DNA of 34,285 nt from positions 1-34,285 of the forward strand of contig CAWJBB010000075.1 of NCBI GenBank assembly GCA_963840855.1. The letters run 5' to 3'. The stretch comes from an uncultured delta proteobacterium (lineage in GTDB: Bacteria > Desulfobacterota > Binatia > UBA9968). Shown piece by piece: positions 27,859-34,285 of the stretch. Each line of letters starts with the position of its first letter. The stretch's first letter is position 1. The notes under the pieces were generated by a model, which was not told the DNA's origin, ran no database searches, and saw only the letters and a list, made by a program, of their open reading frames with translations. The translations under genes were made by a program, and so were the position numbers.

Positions 27859-29124
27859 TCAAGCCATCTGCCCGGTGGCTTTCCGCCAAGATCTGGTCAA
27901 GCTGCCGAAGAACATTCCCGCCACGGCGAATACCAAGACGAGTGACCACAAGAGCGGCTCGTAGGTTTGCCAGCGGTCAAATACCGCGCCGGCGATCACC
28001 GGTCCCACGACTCCTCCCCAGGTGTAGAACAGACCCATATAACCGCGAATTTTGGCAAAGTGTTTGCGGCCGAACAAGTCGCCGACGATAGCCCAACCGA
28101 CCGAATAGGTGACTTCAACCGCGGAGAATAATAGCGTGAATAGGGACAAGAGCCAGAACGAGCTGGTGAAAATCGGCAACAGCATTGCGCCAGCCGCGCT
28201 GAACAAAACCACGGCGCACAGGCGCGGCTTATTTGTTTGATCCGCAAGCCAGCCGAAGAACAGCGTCGATACCATGCCTAAAAACGCGAAGGCGCTCAGC
28301 AACCACGCGGCTTGCTGTTGACTCAGGCCTTTCCAAACCATGAGTGGAATGAAATGGACTGAGACCGCGTGATAGGAAGCATTACGAACGCCGGCCGCCA
28401 ATACGGATCCCCAAAACGCGAAGGAGCGCAGTGCCTGGGCTAAAGTGACTTCCACTTCGGCGCGCCGCGGCCGGTTGGCGGCAGCGTCATCGCTGGTCGG
28501 TGCCATCGGCTCGTCGCCGTCCGGCAGGAGTCCCATACTTTCGGGCGAGCGGCGTATGGTTGAGCACAGCGGCAGTCCGACAAGTAAAAACGACAACCCG
28601 GCGACTACGGCGCCCCAGCGCCAGCCCCACGCTTGAACGATGAGGCTCAACAACGGCGCGATAACCACGCCGCCGAGGCCGAAGGCGGCGGCGTTTAAGG
28701 TGATGGCGCGCGAACGCTTGCGGATGAACCAGGTATTGATCAGCGTCATCGGCGCGTGCATGAAGCCGCCGGCGTGCGCCAACGAGATGACGCCGAGATA
28801 GACAATCAAAAACGTTGTGTAGCTGTTCGCTTGGGAGAGCAGCAGATAGCCGGTTCCCATGAGTAGGACCGCGGCGATCATGATCGGCCTGGGGCCATAG
28901 CGATCGAGCAGGTGGCCGACTACGGGGCCTTCGACCGCGCCCTCGGCGCGCGCCAGGGAGAAGACCAGCGACGTGGCCGTGCGGTTGATATTCAAATCCT
29001 GGCTTAGCGGCAGAAAAAACACCGTAAAGCCGAAACTGTGGAGTCCAGCGCCAAGCACGCGCAGCGCGGAGGCGGCGGCCACCATGTGCCAGCCGTAGAA
29101 GAGTCCATTGAGTTTATCGAGCAA
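27859..29124 (-). CDS. MFS transporter (OFA/monocarboxylate-like)
   Basis: FYGW, GHLLDRYGPR, WFIRKRSRA, PESMGLLPDG, DLFGRKHF. Confidence 0.88.
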   Translation of the reverse strand: MLDKLNGLFYGWHMVAAASALRVLGAGLHSFGFTVFFLPLSQDLNINRTATSLVFSLARAEGAVEGPVVGHLLDRYGPRPIMIAAVLLMGTGYLLLSQANSYTTFLIVYLGVISLAHAGGFMHAPMTLINTWFIRKRSRAITLNAAAFGLGGVVIAPLLSLIVQAWGWRWGAVVAGLSFLLVGLPLCSTIRRSPESMGLLPDGDEPMAPTSDDAAANRPRRAEVEVTLAQALRSFAFWGSVLAAGVRNASYHAVSVHFIPLMVWKGLSQQQAAWLLSAFAFLGMVSTLFFGWLADQTNKPRLCAVVLFSAAGAMLLPIFTSSFWLLSLFTLLFSAVEVTYSVGWAIVGDLFGRKHFAKIRGYMGLFYTWGGVVGPVIAGAVFDRWQTYEPLLWSLVLVFAVAGMFFGSLTRSWRKATGQMA

Positions 29125-29185
29125 GAGAATTGTCCTGTAGGGTTAGTTTATTTGACTTAGCACGAGGTTGCTTATGATGGTAAGG

Positions 29186-29274
29186 GTTCAAGAGTTCAAA
29201 AGTTCAAAGGTTCAAGATCGGACTCGATTTCTGCGTCGCACTCCTTGAACCCCTTGAACTCTGGAACCTTGAAC
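29186..29274. repeat. Inverted arrays of ~8-bp GTTCAA-core tandem repeats
   Basis: GTTCAAGA GTTCAAAA GTTCAAAG GTTCAAGA ... CCTTGAAC CCCTTGAAC TCTGGAAC CTTGAAC. Confidence 0.88.
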
Positions 29275-29282
29275 TCTTCAAG

Positions 29283-29313
29283 TTAGAAATCAGCGTTTCC
29301 CGGCGTGCGCGGG
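29283..29313 (-). repeat. Displaced duplicate of the asnS 3' end (att-like direct repeat)
   Basis: 27/31 identical to 30918-30948; encodes PRTPGNADF* versus PRTPGNAEF*. Confidence 0.85.
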
Positions 29314-29793
29314 TCCTGGAACCGCATTAGCCTTCGGTGTCTGCTTGGCCATTATGGTTTCGCCCGCGGACCGCCAGTCGTGTGTCATGCCAAGTCTGCG
29401 CAGCGCTTCGCTTGATGGGGAAAGGCCGGCACAACGCCCGACCGTGGTAACAGTTTTTGGTTTCCCAATACGCGAATCGTCAGTTCGGTATTCCGTATCA
29501 GCAATTGTTTGCGAAAAGGTACATTATAGGCCGAAATCGTCGGAAGTATAAACATTAGGGGGAGGGAAGATTGCGAATTTCGTTGCCTGGTTGCTCAAGT
29601 TTGCATTTCATGAATTGGCAGGTATACGATGCCCGCGTGCGCAACTAAAGTGAAGAGATATATACGGACCGAAAGATGGCTTCACAAAATGCTGTTAAAG
29701 TGGGAAGCCAGCTCGACGACGATAGCGTCCGCTAAAGCAACTCGCGCGCCGCGCGTCTCATCAACCGATAATATAAGATAGGGCACATCAGCA

Positions 29794-30909
29794 TTGAGCG
29801 ATCTCGGCGACTACGGCAACCGCCTCCATATTCGCAAGGACAAGACCAATCCTAGGCGTCTCGCGTACCTCGGCCTCTTATTGTTTGCCTCTCCTCCCCA
29901 TTGGTCGTGGCTCGCGCTGGGTATCGCGTCGGTCTTGACGGGCATTGCACTGCACGGTTGGGCCGCGGGCTACCTTGCTAGGGCCGGATATGCCGAGCGC
30001 GAAACGAAGCTGACAGTCGGCGGGCCGTATAGACACAATCGTAACCCCTACTACTTAGCCCAAATGATAATGGACCTAGGCGTCTTTATTCTTGCCGGTC
30101 ATCCCTTGTTTTATCTTTTCTATTTTCCGGTCATTTTTTTCGTTTATCGGCGTTGGGTCGTGAGTGAAGAATGCTTTTTGGAGAACGAATTCGGCGCGCC
30201 ATACCTTGCCTTAAAACGCGAAGTTCCGCGCTGGGGGTTTCGCATCCAGGGGGTGCCTGCGCGCGGCTCCGCACCGAATTTCCACTGGGCTACCTTTAGG
30301 CTAAACCGTGAGCCGGCGCGCTCGCTATCACATCTGTGTTTCCTCGTGGTGCTTGTGTTGTTTTTTATCTTCGGAAATCCCTTTGCTCAGATCAGCATAC
30401 TGGTTAGAGCCACGGTGATCGCCACGATCGCCGTCTGGCTGGTTTTGCACGACGTGTATCCGCTCAACGTCTCCCACAGAAGCTTGGGTTGGTCTATAGT
30501 TGCTTTTTGTAGCGCTTTGGTGACGGCCATTTTTCTGACCTATGCACCGGTATGGGAGCTTTGGTTTGGAGCAGGCGCATGGATAGCCATCGGCCTAGGA
30601 GTATGCCTCGGCTTGCTCGTTTGGCTTACGGCCTTGCCGGGACGCGCCGACCTTTCGGCTATTGGTAGCAAAAAATTCTTTGCCCGACCGATCTGCCAGT
30701 GGTACGTACTCGCTCTGAGTCTGGGCCTGCTCTCCTGCACTTTGGCAGGCGTGTGGCTCGGAACGATGGTGTCGTTGACTGTTTGGGCTCTACAAATCGC
30801 GGGCTGGCTGTCGATTCAGATGGTTCTGCAACGATTCAACGTCAGTATCTGCATTTTGGCGCTCATTGTTTGCTTGGGTAGCCTCGCTGTTATAAGGCAG
30901 CTGAGTTAA
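29794..30909 (+). CDS. Membrane methyltransferase (PEMT/isoprenylcysteine carboxyl methyltransferase family) with an extra C-terminal TM region
   Basis: WAAGYL, LTVGGPYRHNRNPYY, EE.FLENEFG..Y...VPRW; ~6 further hydrophobic segments; TTG start uncertain. Confidence 0.75.
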   Translation: MSDLGDYGNRLHIRKDKTNPRRLAYLGLLLFASPPHWSWLALGIASVLTGIALHGWAAGYLARAGYAERETKLTVGGPYRHNRNPYYLAQMIMDLGVFILAGHPLFYLFYFPVIFFVYRRWVVSEECFLENEFGAPYLALKREVPRWGFRIQGVPARGSAPNFHWATFRLNREPARSLSHLCFLVVLVLFFIFGNPFAQISILVRATVIATIAVWLVLHDVYPLNVSHRSLGWSIVAFCSALVTAIFLTYAPVWELWFGAGAWIAIGLGVCLGLLVWLTALPGRADLSAIGSKKFFARPICQWYVLALSLGLLSCTLAGVWLGTMVSLTVWALQIAGWLSIQMVLQRFNVSICILALIVCLGSLAVIRQLS

Positions 30910-30917
30910 ATAAACGA

Positions 30918-32309
30918 TTAAAACTCTGCGTTTCCTGGCGTGCGCGGGATAGGAATTACGTCGCGAATGTTTTTGAGGCCGGTTAGATACATCATCATGC
31001 GTTCCAAGCCAAGGCCGAAACCGGAGTGGGGAACCGAGCCATAGCGGCGCAGGTCGACGTACCACCAGTAGGGCTCATCGTCCAGGCCGCCATCGCGCAT
31101 CCTGTGCACAAGAATATCTTGGCGATCTTCGCGCTGGCTGCCGCCAATGATCTCGCCCACCCGGGGCACGAGCACGTCCATCGCCCGCACCGTCTTGCCG
31201 TCGTCGTTGACGCGCATGTAAAAGGGTTTGATATCCTTCGGATAGTCGGTCACGATGACCGGCTTCTTGAAAACTTCCTCCGACAAAAAGCGCTCGTGTT
31301 CGGTTTGCAAATCGCTGCCCCATTCCACCGGGAACTCCCAAGTCTTGCCGGATTTTTTCAATTCCTGGACCGCGTCGGAGTAAGTGATATGGCCGAAGTT
31401 CGATCCGGCGACATGCTCGAGCGTCGCGAGGATCGATTTCTCGATGAACTGGTTGAAGAACTCCAGGTCTTCGCGGCAATGATCGAGAACGTAGCGGATC
31501 GTATATTTGAGAAATTCTTCGGCGAGTCGCATGTTGTCCTCGAGCTCGTAGAAAGCCATTTCCGGCTCGATCATCCAGAACTCCGCCAGGTGGCGCGGCG
31601 TGTTGCTGTTTTCGGCGCGAAACGTTGGGCCAAAAGTGTAAACCTTGGAGAAAGCTAGGGCGAACATCTCGGCTTCGAGCTGGCCGCTGACCGTGAGATA
31701 GGCGGGCTTGCCAAAAAAATCCTGTGTCCAGTCGAGCTTCCCATCGGCGGTGCGCGGCGGGTTGTGCAGGTTCAGCGTCGTGACACCGAACATTTGCCCC
31801 GCGCCTTCGCAATCCGATGTCGTGATGATCGGCGTTTGCACGTAGAGGAAATCACGTTCTTGAAAAAAAGTGTGGATCGCGTGGGTGAGGGCGTTGCGCA
31901 CGCGAAAGGCCGCGCCGAAGGTGTTGCTGCGCACGCGCAGGTGGGAAATCTCGCGCAGGAATTCCAGCGTGTGTCCCTTCTTTTGCAGCGGGTAAGTCGC
32001 CGGGTCGGCGCTGCCGTAGATTTGCAGGGTCGCAACTTTCAATTCAACGGCCTGTCCCTTGGCGGGTGACTCGACTAAGGTTCCGCCGGCGGCGATGCTG
32101 CCGCCCGTGGTGACTTGCTTCAGTGTCTCATCAGGCACCACGCCGGCGTCGACCACCAATTGTATGCTCTTGAAACGCGAGCCATCGTTCAGTTCGATGA
32201 AAGTAATGCCCTTGGAGTCACGCCTTGAACGGACCCAGCCGCGCAACGTGATTTCGGTTCCCACAGGAAGTGAGTAAGCCTGCTTGACAGAAAAATACTT
32301 TGAGTTCAT
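30918..32309 (-). CDS. asnS: Asparagine--tRNA ligase
   Basis: GWVRSRR OB-fold, [53 protein letters not shown]. Confidence 0.97.
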   Translation of the reverse strand: MNSKYFSVKQAYSLPVGTEITLRGWVRSRRDSKGITFIELNDGSRFKSIQLVVDAGVVPDETLKQVTTGGSIAAGGTLVESPAKGQAVELKVATLQIYGSADPATYPLQKKGHTLEFLREISHLRVRSNTFGAAFRVRNALTHAIHTFFQERDFLYVQTPIITTSDCEGAGQMFGVTTLNLHNPPRTADGKLDWTQDFFGKPAYLTVSGQLEAEMFALAFSKVYTFGPTFRAENSNTPRHLAEFWMIEPEMAFYELEDNMRLAEEFLKYTIRYVLDHCREDLEFFNQFIEKSILATLEHVAGSNFGHITYSDAVQELKKSGKTWEFPVEWGSDLQTEHERFLSEEVFKKPVIVTDYPKDIKPFYMRVNDDGKTVRAMDVLVPRVGEIIGGSQREDRQDILVHRMRDGGLDDEPYWWYVDLRRYGSVPHSGFGLGLERMMMYLTGLKNIRDVIPIPRTPGNAEF

Positions 32310-32384
32310 GGGGCCAAGTATTCAATAATACGTGGCAATGTCAACCGATGATCAGGCTTAGTGAAAAAGGTCCACCTGCTTCAT

Positions 32385-32537
32385 CAGATTATGTGAAAAC
32401 TCACCGCTCATCCTTCGAGAGGCTCAGGACGAAGGGCTAAGTCCGTGAAGTTGCTTAGTGTCAAACCTGCTCGTGGTGAGCTAGCCTGCCCTGAGCGAAG
32501 TCGAAGGGAACCATGAGCGGGGTTTTCACAAAATCTG
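32385..32537. repeat. Composite REP-like palindromic element with a nested 25-nt insert
   Basis: Terminal IR CAGATTATGTGAAAAC / GTTTTCACAAAATCTG (15/16); inner CCGCTCAT/ATGAGCGG; insert GCCTGCCCTGAGCGAAGTCGAAGGG at 32484-32508. Confidence 0.75.
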
Positions 32538-32673
32538 TTATTGCGCTCAACCGTCTCGCCCCGGCATATGAACTTGGAAAGCGCAGCGGGCAAGGGGTCA
32601 GCGAGTAGAACGCTTTGCACCGTGCCCTTCGGCAAATTTCCCCCCACGTAGCTGAACTTCTTCGCATCACTAC

Positions 32674-33528
32674 ATGGTATGGAGGGCTCCAAAGGCGTCC
32701 GGTTTTTTGGTAAGCTGTTATCATAACGTCGCATTGCTCTTGGCAGCAGACGGCACCTCAGAATCGGTAATCAAACAAGTGGAAAGAAAACTATTAAGCA
32801 AAACTTCCCACCGGCCGTGGCCGCTTCCGTCGGAGCCGTGGGTGATGGCCATGCGTTGGCACGATCTACTGTTTCTCCATTGGCCGGTCCGTCCTGAGGT
32901 GATTCGGCCACTGATTCCACCGGACCTGGAGCTCGACACTTTCGACGGCTCGGCTTGGATCGGCGTCGTTCCGTTCCGTATGACCCGCGTCCGGCCGCGA
33001 CATTTTCCTTCGTTTGTCGGATTGGCTTTCTCGGAAATCAACGTTCGCACCTATGTGTGGTCTCCGGGTAGAAGCGGTGTTTGGTTCTTCAGCTTGGACG
33101 CGACAAATCGGCTCGCGGTTAGAACTGCTCGAGCGCGGTATGGGCTGCCCTATTACGATGCCCGAATCGATATACAATCGGAGCGCGGGCGCATTCACTA
33201 TCAAAGTATCCGGGTCGATAAAAGAAGCAGCGGCGCGGAATTTAGCGCGTTTTACAAGCCGACAGGAAACGTTTTCCGTTCTGCTCCGGGAACGATCGAC
33301 CGCTGGCTCACCGACCGCTATTGCTTTTATATAGTAGACCGCGCCAGCGGCGCGGGCTACGCGGAGATTCATCACTCGCCGTGGCCTCTGCAGCCCGCAG
33401 AGGTAGAATTGCGAGTCAACACAATGACTGTGCCGCTCGGCATCAACCTACCGGCCGTGCCGCCTCTAGCGCATTTTGCCCGCCGGCTCGAAGTCGTCGC
33501 GTGGCGGGTCGTGCCGGTTGCCGGTTAA
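32674..33528 (+). CDS. DUF2071 / YqjF family protein
   Basis: HRPWPLP, W.DLLFLHW, AWIGVVPF, E.NVRTYV, GVWFFSLDA, EIHH.PWPLQ; true start is probably downstream (e.g. GTG 32779). Confidence 0.85.
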   Translation: MVWRAPKASGFLVSCYHNVALLLAADGTSESVIKQVERKLLSKTSHRPWPLPSEPWVMAMRWHDLLFLHWPVRPEVIRPLIPPDLELDTFDGSAWIGVVPFRMTRVRPRHFPSFVGLAFSEINVRTYVWSPGRSGVWFFSLDATNRLAVRTARARYGLPYYDARIDIQSERGRIHYQSIRVDKRSSGAEFSAFYKPTGNVFRSAPGTIDRWLTDRYCFYIVDRASGAGYAEIHHSPWPLQPAEVELRVNTMTVPLGINLPAVPPLAHFARRLEVVAWRVVPVAG

Positions 33529-33567
33529 AATGGCCGCGCAGGTCGGCTTCAGCTGGCGTCTAATTTA

Positions 33568-33704
33568 TTCTCCTTCGCCGAATACCTCGCAGCTTGCTGC
33601 GAGGATGAAGGTGAGGAGAACCCTCCGTAGCCTTGGCGAAGGAGGGTTGAAGGGCTTCGGAGAATTTCGCAAAGATACCTCGGAGCTTTGCTCCGAGGAG
33701 CTTC
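33568..33704. repeat. Cluster of REP / IS200-IS605-end-like hairpins (non-autonomous)
   Basis: ATACCTCGCAGC-TT-GCTGCGAGG and ATACCTCGGAGC-TTT-GCTCCGAGGAGCTTCA flank CCCTCCGTAGCCTTGGCGAAGGAGGG. Confidence 0.65.
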
Positions 33705-33730
33705 ATTTAAAGGACTGATCGGAGAGGACT

Positions 33731-34285
33731 ATGACACGACGTGCATGGTTGCAGGTTCTGCTGGCAGCGGGTATCTGGGGTGCATCCAGGACGGGTGTTT
33801 TTGGCGCGCAGGCGTTATCGATGAAGGAGATCGAAAGTCTCCAAAAGAATTGGAAAGCGCTGCTCGCAGACGGTACAAAAATACCGCTACCATCCGAACC
33901 GCTCAAACGGTCGAAAGAGGATTGGCGCAAACTCTTGAATGCCGATCAGTTTCGTATCCTGCGCGAAGAAGGCACGGAGCGGCCCGGTTCAAGCCCGCTG
34001 AACGATGAAAAGCGGCCGGGAATCTTCGCCTGCGCCGGCTGCGATTTGCCCCTGTTTACGTCGGAGATGAAATACGAGAGCGGGACCGGGTGGCCGAGCT
34101 TTTTCACGACCATTCCAGGAGTCTTCGGCACCAACACGGATTTCAAGCTGGTCCTGCCGCGCACCGAGTATCATTGTATTCGCTGCGGCGGCCACCACGG
34201 CCATGTCTTCGACGACGGCCCGCCGCCGACAGGCAAACGCTGGTGCAACAATGGCGTGGCTCTGAAATTCATCCCGAAGAGCGGC
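33731..34285 (+). CDS. msrB: Peptide-methionine (R)-S-oxide reductase with Tat-like leader (runs off the window end; not in the supplied ORF track)
   Basis: ATG 33731 after GGAGAGG; MTRRAWLQVLL...; EEGTERP, CAGC, SGTGWPSF, CIRCGGHHGHVFDDGP.PTGKRWCNNG. Confidence 0.93.
   Translation, partial: MTRRAWLQVLLAAGIWGASRTGVFGAQALSMKEIESLQKNWKALLADGTKIPLPSEPLKRSKEDWRKLLNADQFRILREEGTERPGSSPLNDEKRPGIFACAGCDLPLFTSEMKYESGTGWPSFFTTIPGVFGTNTDFKLVLPRTEYHCIRCGGHHGHVFDDGPPPTGKRWCNNGVALKFIPKSG

Noticed and set aside
33688-34204. ORF-track calls in the last 600 bp
   Set aside because: They overlap the real msrB frame starting at 33731

Overview
Bacterial, GC-rich DNA. The expanded solute-binding-protein families suggest a Deltaproteobacteria/'Ca. 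Binatia'-like soil lineage (inference only). Core-looking genes lie at 1-11.4 kb: two ABC solute-binding proteins, an FbpB-type permease, a heterodimeric ABC exporter, a Zn-aminopeptidase lipoprotein, an LLM/F420 oxidoreductase and htpX. More lie at 25.8-34.3 kb: an esterase, two MFS transporters, asnS, a DUF2071 protein and an exported msrB. Between the htpX terminator and about 25.1 kb is a ~13.5 kb mosaic island. It is punctuated by eight same-orientation copies of an unrecognised ~65 bp imperfect palindrome (GATTGAACTGA...TCAGTTCAATC, with a conserved ~60 bp leader in some copies). These copies delimit modules of mostly minus-strand cargo. Intact cargo: a persulfide dioxygenase-rhodanese fusion, a Cys-rich YHS/GDCCVxC fusion, an AurF-like diiron enzyme, a MASE1 hybrid kinase and a diguanylate cyclase. 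Fragments and chimeras: three pieces of one ABC solute-binding-protein family, a tyrosine-recombinase N-terminal fragment, glycosyltransferase/WcaJ fragments, a merF tail, an SRAP fragment and a truncated canonical attC. This resembles a non-canonical cassette or gene-capture platform and is the main candidate for a novel system, but no intact recombinase is present in the window. Separately, a 1.6 kb single-gene islet appears inserted into the 3' end of asnS with a recoded duplicate end. Several families of nested REP/MITE-like and GTTCAA tandem inverted repeats occupy intergenic regions. All calls were made by eye, without database searches.
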